Source: an uncultured Gammaproteobacteria bacterium (GTDB lineage: Bacteria > Patescibacteriota > Microgenomatia > PFEM01 > DATLAM01). From it: a stretch of 64,000 bases of DNA. The DNA is taken from NCBI GenBank assembly GCA_964566925.1, contig CAZMIZ010000001.1:7248-71247 (forward strand), read 5' to 3'. The position numbers were made by a program, and so were the translations under genes. Below the pieces are notes generated by a model. The model ran no database searches, had not been told where the DNA came from, and worked only from the letters and a program-made list of their open reading frames with translations. Shown one piece after another: positions 34,641 through 44,076 of the stretch; the first letter of the stretch is position 1, and each line of letters opens with the position of its first letter.

Positions 34641-35887
34641 CGCTCAGCCTTTACTAAATTTTCGATTGCTTTTAAGCTAATAAATGGGGCGAAGCCAATG
34701 ATAACGACTATTAATCGATAAACGACGTCAAAGGAAAAATAGTTAGTCAGAAAAATTAAAAGGGTTATCCCAAAAATCCTTCCAAGGTTAAGGAAAATCT
34801 CAATGTCTACTAAGTAAAGATATCTTTGGCCTGCGGGCAGATATCCCCCATCCATCTCTCTCATCTCTGTTGGAATATGGATTGTCCAAAGAAAGGTATC
34901 ACCAATGGTTACCATTGTTGAATAGATAAAAAAGCCAATAAGGGAAAAGTTTATTCCGAAAACCAGTGAGCCGAAAAAGAAAACAACCACTCCCAAAATC
35001 GTTATTAATAGTCGTCTTTCTGGAAGGGCGTAACGACCAGCCAAATAGGCAGCCAGAGCACAAATCGCCCCCATCAAACCATTAAACCAACCGACTTCCA
35101 GTTCTTTGCCAAAAAATTCATAAGCTAAAAGACCAAAAGAGAAGAAAAATATCCCGCTGGAGATTCCGTGAGCCATGTTTAGAAATCTGACGCTGATCCA
35201 CTTTTTACTCTTATTTGTTAAAAAGAGATTTCTAAAAGAGAATTTTGAATGTTTTTCTTCAGACTTAATCCTGCCAGCAAAAATGGCGGCCATTAAAAAA
35301 ATTAGTCCGGCAATTAAAAAAGAAAGGTAGTATGAATAACTAATATTTAGGTGAAGTCTGTTTTGTCCTAACGACTCAATCACAAATCCTGCCAAAGGAG
35401 GAGCAATAATCCCAAGGATTGAACTTAAAGAGATGTCTAAGCCGCTAAAGTAGGCTCGGATTCTATCGTAAGTCAGGTCATAGATAAGCAGGTTCATGTT
35501 GGCCCAATAAAAAGCGCTGCTTAGTCCATTAATAAATCCCAAGGGAATTAAAAACTGAAAAGCTTTATCTTTTAACAAAATCAGAATAAAAGGAAAGGCG
35601 GATTGAAAAAGAAGGCCCATTTGAAAAGCAGTTTTATTGCTAATCTTTCCCAGCAAGAAACCGTTAATAATAAAGCCGACTGGTAGGCCAATAAAATAAA
35701 AAAGATTGAAAAAGCCAATTGCCTGGAGACTATTCACCTCCCGCCACAAATAAACATTTAAAAAAAGGCCAATGAATGGCCCGGCAAACCAAAAAAGGCC
35801 CGAACAAAGCAAGAGAAGTTTGCTGTCCCGACTCAATTCTTGAAAAACAGCAATTTCTCTTTCGATTCTGGAAATTATTCTTTTCAC
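34637..35887 (-). CDS. MFS-family transporter
   Basis: 416 aa with about 12 TM helices. Possible GTG start. Confidence 0.6.
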   Translation of the reverse strand: MKRIISRIEREIAVFQELSRDSKLLLLCSGLFWFAGPFIGLFLNVYLWREVNSLQAIGFFNLFYFIGLPVGFIINGFLLGKISNKTAFQMGLLFQSAFPFILILLKDKAFQFLIPLGFINGLSSAFYWANMNLLIYDLTYDRIRAYFSGLDISLSSILGIIAPPLAGFVIESLGQNRLHLNISYSYYLSFLIAGLIFLMAAIFAGRIKSEEKHSKFSFRNLFLTNKSKKWISVRFLNMAHGISSGIFFFSFGLLAYEFFGKELEVGWFNGLMGAICALAAYLAGRYALPERRLLITILGVVVFFFGSLVFGINFSLIGFFIYSTMVTIGDTFLWTIHIPTEMREMDGGYLPAGQRYLYLVDIEIFLNLGRIFGITLLIFLTNYFSFDVVYRLIVVIIGFAPFISLKAIENLVKAER

Positions 35888-36001
35888 AATCAGTCTTTAG
35901 ATTTTAATTATACCGTCTCCTGCGTCATAGTTAAACTATGAAGGTGTTTTTTCTTGATCGTCTGGAGCTATTTATAAAGAGATGATTAAAAAGATGAAAA
36001 A

Positions 36002-36030
36002 AGAAAGCGGTGCTTTTTAGCTAAGCACCG
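36002..36030 (-). terminator. Intrinsic terminator hairpin (AAGCGGTGCTT-ttttagct-AAGCACCGCTT) with minus-strand U-tract
   Basis: 11-bp stem. An A-rich run on the plus strand 5' of the stem gives a U-run on the minus-strand transcript. Confidence 0.5.
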
Positions 36031-36280
36031 CTTTTAATGGGAGGCGCTTACTTTTTCTTCTTGCCTCCCTTTTTCTTCTTTCGGGCCACAATCACCACCT
36101 CCCTTCAGTCACTAAAAAAGACTCTCAAGGAATTTGGTGAGAGCCTCTAAAAATCAAACTCGAAGATATTAAATTTTTGGGCACATTTTTAGGTTTATTT
36201 CTAAACCTAAAAACTATATAAATCTTTTTAAAGCAATTTGTCAAGATATCAAAGAAGATCAATTCAATAACGGCTTCTGG

Positions 36281-37075
36281 TTAGCTCGAAGCCGAGGAAT
36301 AACGGGTCAAGGCAAACCGCCAGAATCTTAAAGAAACCAAGACTAAAACAACACTCGCCACCAGAACCACTACTACTCCCCAGGGGGAAATCAGGCCTAA
36401 GAGGGCTTTGGCCGGAACAGTAACCATCACCGCCACTGGAATAACAAAAGTTAAGACCCAGCGGACTCCCTGAGGGTAGATGTCCGTTGGGAATCGAGCC
36501 ATATTAATCAAGTCACGATAAACTAAAATCATGTGGTCAATCTCGGTGGTCAACACACAAACTGAAGCTACAAAAAGATGAAAGGCAAAAGCGATTAACT
36601 GGCTTGCCAAATAAAGAATAAGAAAATAAACAAAGTGGATTGGGGCCTTAACCAAACCGTGGTTGAAAATAAAATATAAAGTGAAACCCCATAAGGGAAC
36701 TAAAACCACTAAGTCTAAAACGTCAGCCCAATGGAAAAGGGGGCGAAAAAAGGAGGGTAAAGGTTTAACCAAATAAAAATCAAACTCGCCCCGGACCACC
36801 AAAGGGCGGAAGCCGTAAACTGCCCTAAATAAAAACTGAGCCGTAGTGTCAATGATATTAAAAATCAAAAAGAAAAAAACAACCTGATAAGGATCATAGC
36901 TTGCCAGAAAATTGATTGAACGGACCACCACCAAAATAAAGATAAAAAAGAAAAGGAATCGAACAATTTTTCCTAAAGTGAAAAAAATAGCCGCATAACC
37001 GGTCGTCATCTGGCTAAGAGCCACATTTCTGGTAGAAAGCAACCAAACTCGAAAAAACTTCTTAATTTTTCTCAT
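36281..37075 (-). CDS. ABC-2 family transporter permease (COG3694/COG4587-like)
   Basis: 264 aa, 6 TM. Last gene of the operon. Confidence 0.6.
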   Translation of the reverse strand: MRKIKKFFRVWLLSTRNVALSQMTTGYAAIFFTLGKIVRFLFFFIFILVVVRSINFLASYDPYQVVFFFLIFNIIDTTAQFLFRAVYGFRPLVVRGEFDFYLVKPLPSFFRPLFHWADVLDLVVLVPLWGFTLYFIFNHGLVKAPIHFVYFLILYLASQLIAFAFHLFVASVCVLTTEIDHMILVYRDLINMARFPTDIYPQGVRWVLTFVIPVAVMVTVPAKALLGLISPWGVVVVLVASVVLVLVSLRFWRFALTRYSSASS

Positions 37076-37869
37076 CTTCCTGGAACATCATAGGCTCTTA
37101 ATCCTTTTTGCCAAATAAATTCTAAAGTTTTATAAAAAACAATGATCCAAAAACTGCTCACCAAAATTCCTAAGATTATCTGACTACCAGCAACCTGCCC
37201 CAACCAAATCTTTAAAGGAAAATAGACCAAATAAGGAAAGGGGGTAAATTGGAGGATTTTCATAAAAATCGGCGGCAAGACATCTAAAGGAAAAACCGCC
37301 CCACTCAAGAATTCCAAAAAGATGGCCATAAAAAGGAACCGAACCGACCAAACATCAATTAGCCAAAAACCGCTCATGCCAAAAATCTGATTGACGATAA
37401 AAAAGAGACAAACCGCCAAAGAGCAAATAAGAAAAAAGCCGACAAGATAAAAGGGGTCTGTTTGCACCAAGACTGGCGGTTTAAAAATAGCTATTAAAAT
37501 CCCCAGCTCGAAAACAATAAAAATCAGATTAAGGATTTTATCTGCTAAATCTCGGGCCAGCCAAAATCTAAAAAAGCCAATTGGCCGCAAAAGCCAATTG
37601 GCAGCATCCCCACTCCTGATTAGGCCCGCCAAATCACCACTCCGATTTCCTAAAACCAATCCCCGTAAAACCGCAATCCCCAGGGTATAGGTTAAAATTT
37701 GGTTTTTTTGGTAGCCAAAAAGATCTTCCCGACCAGCAAAAATAGCTGACCAAAAGAAAAATAGAGAAAGAAGGAGAATAAAGCTTCTAAATCGCCAAAG
37801 GGTAAAATTCAGCCGGTAAACAAAATATTCTTGAAAAGTGTTTTTCAAAACCTGAAAATATTTTCTCAT
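37072..37869 (-). CDS. ABC-2 family transporter permease
   Basis: 265 aa, 6 TM. 4-nt overlaps on both sides. Confidence 0.6.
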   Translation of the reverse strand: MRKYFQVLKNTFQEYFVYRLNFTLWRFRSFILLLSLFFFWSAIFAGREDLFGYQKNQILTYTLGIAVLRGLVLGNRSGDLAGLIRSGDAANWLLRPIGFFRFWLARDLADKILNLIFIVFELGILIAIFKPPVLVQTDPFYLVGFFLICSLAVCLFFIVNQIFGMSGFWLIDVWSVRFLFMAIFLEFLSGAVFPLDVLPPIFMKILQFTPFPYLVYFPLKIWLGQVAGSQIILGILVSSFWIIVFYKTLEFIWQKGLRAYDVPGR

Positions 37870-38816
37870 TTTCGTTTCTGGCCAGTGTAAATTGGGCCCT
37901 TAAAACGGCCCTTGATAATCGCTTTGGTTTTAGGTGTCATTTTTAGAATGTAAAGTGAACTGCGACTGCCAATTGATTCCGCTCCTTGATAGCGATTAAA
38001 ATCTTGAAGTTTCTCTTCAATTAAAAGCCCTAATTGGCTGATAATTTTTTGGGCTTCTAGGCCTCGCTCCCGAGCCCGGTCGCTGTAACCATAACAAAAA
38101 TAAAACGTGGCTTCATTCTCACCAACGGCCTCAATTGCTCTTGAAAGAAAAACCTTAAAACCGTTAGGGGTGTAAGGAGGATCGGAAAAAACAATATCAA
38201 AAACCCCTTTCATGGCTGGAGGGAGGGGCTGCTTAGCATCGTAATATAAAAATTCAATTTTTAGTCTCTCTTTTTGGACAATCTTCTCAATTAATCTTAA
38301 AAGTTGGCGATCAATGTCAGCCACTATAATTTTTTCCGCTCCCCTAAACAAGGCAAAAGCAATACTGGTCAAATCATAATCTCCTAAAAAAAGAGCTCTC
38401 TTTCCCTCTAAATCACCTCTCTCTTGAATTAAGGAGGCTCTTTTAATCACAGTCTCCAGTGTTGCCGGAAACTGGTCAAGGTTTCTTTTAGACTTTGATC
38501 GAAAGGCAAAGAAACGCTTTAATTGATCAAAGAGGGGTTTTTTAAGAACCTTTTCTGATGATGAACCAATCATTTCTGCTTCAACGAACTCTCTTCCAGT
38601 CTGGTTCAGGGTTACGTATTGAGAGGGCTTCTTTAGGAGCGGCTGAAGATCTTTTAAAAAATCCCGGATCACCGATTTAGGCAAACCACTCTCCCTCACT
38701 AATTTTTGATTTTCGGTCTTCTTATTCTGATACAAAAACCAAAGAATTTCTCTAATTTTTTGGGGTCTAAGCCCAGTTTTTCGGGAAACCTCTTTTAAGT
38801 TGACTTTTTCAGGCAT
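37866..38816 (-). CDS. N-terminal wHTH plus C-terminal DUF43 (BpsA-like branched-polyamine-synthase / class-I MTase-fold) protein
   Basis: C-terminal motifs FLGDYDLTSIAFAL...VADIDRQLL...IVFSDPPYT. Start set to ATG 38816, which overlaps the ATPase stop (TATGCCTGA). Confidence 0.45.
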   Translation of the reverse strand: MPEKVNLKEVSRKTGLRPQKIREILWFLYQNKKTENQKLVRESGLPKSVIRDFLKDLQPLLKKPSQYVTLNQTGREFVEAEMIGSSSEKVLKKPLFDQLKRFFAFRSKSKRNLDQFPATLETVIKRASLIQERGDLEGKRALFLGDYDLTSIAFALFRGAEKIIVADIDRQLLRLIEKIVQKERLKIEFLYYDAKQPLPPAMKGVFDIVFSDPPYTPNGFKVFLSRAIEAVGENEATFYFCYGYSDRARERGLEAQKIISQLGLLIEEKLQDFNRYQGAESIGSRSSLYILKMTPKTKAIIKGRFKGPIYTGQKRK

Positions 38817-39792
38817 AGTCTTTGCCAGTGAAGAGCTCGCGAATGATGTCGTCAATTGGAGCTTCCTCAACATTCAAATCAGCTACCGGAAATTTTTGGA
38901 GCAACTGAGCCGCGGCCACCGAAGCTGCTTCTCTTTTAATAGAAAGCGTCGCCTTAGGAAAATCATAATCTTTTACCTTGCCAATTGCTTCAAGTTTTTT
39001 GGGATCAATCTCTTTGGCAAAAACCACCGACAGAAGCTTGTGATCAGCGTATTTTTCTACAATTTCGGAGAGTTCTCCGTCAAAAACAATTTTCCCTTTA
39101 TCAATAATTACCACCCGCTCGCAAAGCTCTTGGACATCGCCCATGTAGTGTGAGGTGAGGATAATGGTTGAGTTATATTTGTGGTTATAACTTTTAATAA
39201 AGTCACGCATCTTTTTTTGCATGACGACATCGAGGCCAATAGTAGGTTCATCAAGGAAAAGGATCCTAGGTGAATGAAGGAGGGCCGCAATTAACTCGCA
39301 CTTCATCCGCTGCCCTAAAGAGAGCTTTCTCACCTGAACTTTCAAAATATCTTTAACATCCAGAAGTCGAACAAGATCACTTAAGGTTTCCTTATATTTT
39401 TTGTCTGGAACTTCATAAATCTCCTTATTGAGAATAAAACTTTCAATCGCCGGCAAATCCCACCAAAGCTGATTTTTCTGACCCATCACTAAAGCGAACT
39501 GCTTCTGGAATTCCGGCTTTCTATCCCAGGGATCATAGCCAAGAACCGAAACTTCTCCGCTAGTAGGGTACAAAAGACCAGAGAGGCATTTTAAAGTGGT
39601 CGTTTTACCTGCTCCATTGGGCCCAATAAAACCAACTAATTCACCTTCTTCAATGGTAAAAGAAATGTTATCCACGGCCTTAACAGTCTTATATTTTCTC
39701 TTAACCAAAGACTTTAGAGATCCAAAGAAGCCTGGCTCTTTTTGGTGAACCTGATAATATTTTTTTAAATTCTTTACTTTAATAACATTCAT
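38809..39792 (-). CDS. ABC transporter ATP-binding protein with about 90-aa C-terminal extension (COG4586-like)
   Basis: Walker A GPNGAGKTT, signature LSLGQRMKCELIAAL, Walker B LFLDEPTIGLD. Confidence 0.85.
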   Translation of the reverse strand: MNVIKVKNLKKYYQVHQKEPGFFGSLKSLVKRKYKTVKAVDNISFTIEEGELVGFIGPNGAGKTTTLKCLSGLLYPTSGEVSVLGYDPWDRKPEFQKQFALVMGQKNQLWWDLPAIESFILNKEIYEVPDKKYKETLSDLVRLLDVKDILKVQVRKLSLGQRMKCELIAALLHSPRILFLDEPTIGLDVVMQKKMRDFIKSYNHKYNSTIILTSHYMGDVQELCERVVIIDKGKIVFDGELSEIVEKYADHKLLSVVFAKEIDPKKLEAIGKVKDYDFPKATLSIKREAASVAAAQLLQKFPVADLNVEEAPIDDIIRELFTGKDYA

Positions 39793-39814
39793 TGCTTTCC
39801 TTTATCTTATCATA

Positions 39815-40648
39815 TCAACCCGCAGCGCTTGAATAGCGGCGGAGAGCAAATTGCCAAAATAGCTGGGAAAAAGCGAAACTGGCTAGACTGATAATCACTC
39901 CCACTAAAACTAATTCAAAGCCTGTTTCTCCTAAAAGCGCTTGGGTGGGAAAAGTAGAAACAAAGGCAGTCGGAATAAAATAAATAAAGAAGGCTCTTGC
40001 TTTATCCTTAAATACGTAGACTGGCGCCCGACCAACGTCGACCATCTCTGAACATAGATCACCTAAATTAAACAGATTCGTAAACCAAAAATTAGTGGTG
40101 GTGATAATGAAGAAGAGATTATAAAAAATAAAAAGTCCTAAAATAAAAAGAAGGGCCGCGTTTAGCCATGCAAAAAGTGCTGGTTGAACCTGAAGAGTTT
40201 TTAATAGTCCGGGGATGAGAAAAAGAATAACCAACATTCGCGGATAATGGTCATTGTCAAAATAGCGAGTCGAGACAAAAAAACGCGGACTAACTGGTTT
40301 TAAAAGAACCAAGTCTAGCTCCCCATGACGCACTAAACGAGAAAACTTTCTTAGATTGATTAAGAAAAAAGTCCAGAGGAAATCAAAGAATAAAGCCTGG
40401 ACGAAAACAAGGAGTAAAACTTTATCCTTAGACCAGCCAGCAATCGCCTCAACTTGACCAAAAATAAGATTAACCGAGGCGAGCATTAAGCCAAACCAAA
40501 GAAAATTCATGATGGCCCAAGTCGTGACCTGGAAACGAAATTCCAAATCTCGCATCAGGCAATTTTTGAAAAAATGGAAATAGAGAGATAAATAGCGCTT
40601 CATTTTTATTGGCCAAAGGCCGTATAAGCTCGTCGGCCTCGACTCCAC
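39815..40648 (-). CDS. ABC-2 family transporter permease
   Basis: 277 aa, 6 TM. Confidence 0.6.
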   Translation of the reverse strand: MESRPTSLYGLWPIKMKRYLSLYFHFFKNCLMRDLEFRFQVTTWAIMNFLWFGLMLASVNLIFGQVEAIAGWSKDKVLLLVFVQALFFDFLWTFFLINLRKFSRLVRHGELDLVLLKPVSPRFFVSTRYFDNDHYPRMLVILFLIPGLLKTLQVQPALFAWLNAALLFILGLFIFYNLFFIITTTNFWFTNLFNLGDLCSEMVDVGRAPVYVFKDKARAFFIYFIPTAFVSTFPTQALLGETGFELVLVGVIISLASFAFSQLFWQFALRRYSSAAG

Positions 40649-41397
40649 ATTAACTTATAAAGCTGAACTGAAATCCCGATCCAAAAAATGGCGATAATCA
40701 TACCCTGGATCACTTCCATCCCTGAAAGCTTGCCAAAATAAATCTCCAAAGGAAAAGAAAACATATAACGAAAAGGTAAAAGTTTAATCAGCGTCTGAAA
40801 AGCGGGAGGAATAAAACTAATGGGAATACCCTGGCCACCCAAGATTAGTCTTGAAATCCAAAAAAGGCTATCCAGTGATCCTACCTCGATAAACCAAAAC
40901 GCTAAAAGACCCATGCAAAGACTAAAACTGAAAACCACGAAAATTGCCAGAATGATCGCCAGGATTAAAATTAGAATTTTGGTTAAAAATAAATCAAAAA
41001 CGATATAATTCCGAAGGAGAAAGGCAAATAAAAAGGTCGTAGCTAAACCAACCGATGAAGAGATGGCGTGCCAACCCAGTTCTCCAGTAAATTTCTGCCA
41101 GTAATAGGAAATTGGCTTGATTATCATGCTAACAATTCTCCCTTCTTTAATTTCGTCTCGGACGTCATAAAAAGGAAACCAACCAGTCAACCATTGTAAA
41201 AACAGGGCAGCTACATAATAGGTAATTAATTCTGGCTTGCTGTAACCGCCGATCATTTCTCCGGCAGAAGCCGAAAACCAAATAGCAATGGTCGTTATCA
41301 AGGACAGGGCGTTACTAGCCAACCAAATTAACATCGGCCCTCGGTAGATAAAGGCATTTTGTAAACTCGTTTTATAAAAAGCGTAATATTTTTTCAT
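40606..41397 (-). CDS. ABC-2 family transporter permease
   Basis: 263 aa, 6 TM. First gene of the operon. Confidence 0.6.
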   Translation of the reverse strand: MKKYYAFYKTSLQNAFIYRGPMLIWLASNALSLITTIAIWFSASAGEMIGGYSKPELITYYVAALFLQWLTGWFPFYDVRDEIKEGRIVSMIIKPISYYWQKFTGELGWHAISSSVGLATTFLFAFLLRNYIVFDLFLTKILILILAIILAIFVVFSFSLCMGLLAFWFIEVGSLDSLFWISRLILGGQGIPISFIPPAFQTLIKLLPFRYMFSFPLEIYFGKLSGMEVIQGMIIAIFWIGISVQLYKLMWSRGRRAYTAFGQ

Positions 41398-41412
41398 TTC
41401 TCTCCAAAATAA

Positions 41413-41438
41413 AAAAGCGCGGTTCTCACCGCGCTTTT
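41413..41438 (-). terminator. Intrinsic terminator of hup (AAAAGCGCGGT-tctc-ACCGCGCTTTT)
   Basis: 7-bp GC stem extended by A/T pairs, with a U-tract on the minus strand. It lies between the hup stop and the ABC operon start. Confidence 0.55.
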
Positions 41439-41457
41439 GGAAAAATTCAAATTTTTC

Positions 41458-41730
41458 TCATCTCACCGCCCTTTGGAGGGGCTTGCCAGGACGAAACCTG
41501 GCGGCGCGGTGAGCCTTAATTGTCCGTTTCTCTCCGGTTCTAGGGATAACTACCGGCTTATCTTTAACATTGACAACCTTGAACGTGCCAAATCCAGAAA
41601 GAACAACACGATCACCTTTTTTTAATGCTTTAGCAATTTCCCCTAGAAAAGTGTCAATTGCTTCTCTGGCTGCCTTACGGGTCAGGTGGGCTTTACGAGC
41701 CACCAAATCGATCATCTCGTTTTTGGTCAT
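41458..41730 (-). CDS. hup: HU-family DNA-binding protein
   Basis: MTKNEMIDLVARKAHLTRKAAREAIDTFLGEIAKALKKGDRVVLSGFGTFKV... is the HU/IHF fold signature. Confidence 0.85.
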   Translation of the reverse strand: MTKNEMIDLVARKAHLTRKAAREAIDTFLGEIAKALKKGDRVVLSGFGTFKVVNVKDKPVVIPRTGEKRTIKAHRAARFRPGKPLQRAVR

Positions 41731-41757
41731 CTCTTTCCTTTCCGGGCAGTTGCTCTA

Positions 41758-41786
41758 ACCATACACTTTCTTTATTAGTTTGTCAA
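41758..41786 (-). promoter_or_regulatory. Sigma70 promoter TTGACA-17-TATGGT for hup
   Basis: -35 at 41786..41781 and -10 at 41763..41758. Confidence 0.45.
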
Positions 41787-41813
41787 GGTTTATAGGCATT
41801 TTCGATCAATTGG

Positions 41814-43247
41814 TTACTTGGCTTTAGTCGTCCCGCTCACTCTCATCTCCCGAATCCCGCTCACTTTAATCTGGCCTGCATATTGGACCTCTTTTTCCAG
41901 TTTTTCGGTAATTTTATTTACCAGAACAGTCAATTCGTCATCACTTATCTCTTGAGGATTAACTAAAACCCGAACATCTCGTCCAGCCTGATAAGCGTAA
42001 GCTTTATCCACTCCGTCGAAATCACCGGCAATTTTCTCAATCTGAGTCATCCTTTTGACATATTCTTCATGAGGTTCATAACGAGCTCCGGGTCGGGCAC
42101 CCGAAGCTGCATCGGCAATCCAAATAATCCTTGATTCAGGTGAGGAAAAAGGCTTATCTTCATGGTGCTCTTCAATACAGGCAATTACCTCTGGAGGCAG
42201 GTTGTACTTTTTAGCAACATTAACTCCTAATTCGACGTGGGTCCCCTCTTGATCGGTAATCACCTTGCCGATGTCGTGAAGAAGACAACCTAGACGGACA
42301 ACCGTAACATTCGCTCCAATTTCAGCGGCAATGGCCACCCCAATTTTAGTCTCCTCTAGGGTATGAGCAATCATGTTCTGGCCATAAGAAAAGCGAAACT
42401 TAAACCGGCCTAAAAGTTTAACCAAATCAGAGTGAAGGTTATAAACTTTAACGGTATGACAAAGTCTTTGGCCTTCTTCCAAAAGAATTTTGTCCATCGT
42501 TTGTTTGGTTTTCTCAACCACCTCTTCGATTCGAGCCGGTTGAATGCGGCGATCCCGAATTAGTCTTAAAAGCGCCCTCCGAGCAATCTCTCTTCTCACT
42601 GGATCAAAGGAAGAAAGGTGAATCTCATTAGTTTCGCCAAGTTCAATTTCTACCCCAGTCGCTTGTTCAAAAGCACGAATGTTACGTCCTTCTCGGCCAA
42701 TAATTCTTCCTTTCATTTCTTCGTTGGGAAGCTGAACCGTCGAAACAGTGTATTCGGCCACGTAGTCCGTTACCCCGTGCTGCATGGCGTCAGTCAAAAT
42801 CTCTTGGGCTTTTTCATCCGCTTCGGCCTTAATCTTTTCCTCAGCCTCTCTGATTCGACGAGAAACTTCTCCAGCCAACCGTTTTTCGGTGGCTTCAAGA
42901 ATGAGTTTTTTAGCTTCTTCTCGAGTCAATTTAGCTGCCCGTTCGAGGCGGGCTAATTGCTCCTTTTTAATCCCCTCCAATTCAACTAGCTTCTTTTCCA
43001 GTTCTTTTTCCCTTCGGTCAATTTGTCTTTCTCGTTCTTCAAGAATCCCCAACTTGCGGTCGATTTCCGCTTCGCGCCTGATTATTTCAGCGGAAGGTTT
43101 AATCTTTTTTGGAGTCGCTCTTTTTGTTAACCGCAAAGGTTTTTGTCTTGACGATCTCCCCTTGGCCTTCCCTTTAATAGTTCGCTGACGAGAACCTTTT
43201 TTGGGCGGCTCAGCCACACCGGCTAAGCGATCGAATATTGAAGCCAT
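41814..43247 (-). CDS. rny: Ribonuclease Y
   Basis: Coiled-coil, then KH domain (GRIIGREGRNIRAFE), then HD domain (LLHDIGKV). The N-terminus is basic and lacks an obvious TM helix. Confidence 0.85.
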   Translation of the reverse strand: MASIFDRLAGVAEPPKKGSRQRTIKGKAKGRSSRQKPLRLTKRATPKKIKPSAEIIRREAEIDRKLGILEERERQIDRREKELEKKLVELEGIKKEQLARLERAAKLTREEAKKLILEATEKRLAGEVSRRIREAEEKIKAEADEKAQEILTDAMQHGVTDYVAEYTVSTVQLPNEEMKGRIIGREGRNIRAFEQATGVEIELGETNEIHLSSFDPVRREIARRALLRLIRDRRIQPARIEEVVEKTKQTMDKILLEEGQRLCHTVKVYNLHSDLVKLLGRFKFRFSYGQNMIAHTLEETKIGVAIAAEIGANVTVVRLGCLLHDIGKVITDQEGTHVELGVNVAKKYNLPPEVIACIEEHHEDKPFSSPESRIIWIADAASGARPGARYEPHEEYVKRMTQIEKIAGDFDGVDKAYAYQAGRDVRVLVNPQEISDDELTVLVNKITEKLEKEVQYAGQIKVSGIREMRVSGTTKAK

Positions 43248-43283
43248 AATTTCTCCTTTTGTCTGGCGAAAAGCAACGGAAAA

Positions 43284-43301
43284 GAGGCGCTTCCTAGCGC
43301 C
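43284..43301 (-). terminator. Hairpin (AGGCGCT-tcct-AGCGCCT) plus U-run downstream of recX. It lies only about 35 nt upstream of the rny start codon
   Basis: 7-bp GC stem. On the minus strand it is followed by a T-rich stretch and then the rny RBS AAAGGAG. Confidence 0.4.
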
Positions 43302-43392
43302 TGATCAGAAGGATAACGTTAAAGGTTTTAAAATCGCTTCTGAAGTCATTTTAGATGCCAATTTCGCCAAAATTATTTAACTGGGGGTTATT

Positions 43393-44010
43393 TTACTCTT
43401 TTTTTGCATATTGGTCAATCACTGATTTGATGGTTGACCAAGAAAAGCCCCGGCGAGCCAGGAAAGCAGAGAGCTTGTTTCTCAATTCCTGAGGGGGTAG
43501 TTTTTGGTAAGCTTTGAGTTTTTTTTGAGCTGTTTTCCTGGCTAAAGGCAATTCATTAACTTTTTCCAATGCTTTATCAATAACCTCTTTTTTAATTCCT
43601 TTTTGTCTTAACTCTAGACGCAAAGCCATCTTCCCTCGAGGTCTGAAAGTCGCTCTTTGCCCAATCCACCAATGGCTAAAATTCCGATCATTAAGGTAGT
43701 CTAACTTTTTCAGCTTTTTGATAATTTTCTGGGAAACTCTAGGCGTGGCTCCTTTTTTAGCTAAATAATCTTTGATCTCTTTTTCTGAGCGGGGCCGAAG
43801 AGATAAAACTCGATACGTCTTGTCCAAAAGTTTTTGAAATTCGTTCTCAAAAATGAGATTTTCGACCTGGTCTTCAGACAACTTCCGGCCAATTTCCAAC
43901 CCAGCTTTCAAGAAATTGTTTATATCCAAACCGAAAGCAAACCGGCCATCAAGGTAAATATTAACCCGCTTCTTATTCCTCTGGGTCTTAATCTTGGTAA
44001 TAATCGCCAT
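43393..44010 (-). CDS. recX: Regulatory protein RecX
   Basis: Lies downstream of recA. Contains the three-helix repeat pattern KRVNIYLDGRFAFGLDINNFLKAGL... Confidence 0.8.
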   Translation of the reverse strand: MAIITKIKTQRNKKRVNIYLDGRFAFGLDINNFLKAGLEIGRKLSEDQVENLIFENEFQKLLDKTYRVLSLRPRSEKEIKDYLAKKGATPRVSQKIIKKLKKLDYLNDRNFSHWWIGQRATFRPRGKMALRLELRQKGIKKEVIDKALEKVNELPLARKTAQKKLKAYQKLPPQELRNKLSAFLARRGFSWSTIKSVIDQYAKKE

Positions 44011-44034
44011 GGCCTTATTTTACACTAAAAATCC

Positions 44035-44054
44035 GCCAGCTGGCGGATTAAACT
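44035..44054 (-). terminator. Palindromic hairpin with U-tract between recA and recX (attenuator/terminator)
   Basis: AATCCGCCAGCTGGCGGATT is a perfect 20-nt palindrome. It is followed on the minus strand by TTTTT. Confidence 0.5.
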
Positions 44055-44076
44055 ATTAAGCTTTAGCTGTTTAACC

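Noticed and set aside
38809-38816. Alternative genetic code (UGA recoding, as in some CPR lineages)
   Set aside because: TGA terminates conserved proteins at their expected C-termini (for example the ABC ATPase at 38809-38811, with the overlapping ATG of the next gene), so the standard bacterial code 11 fits.
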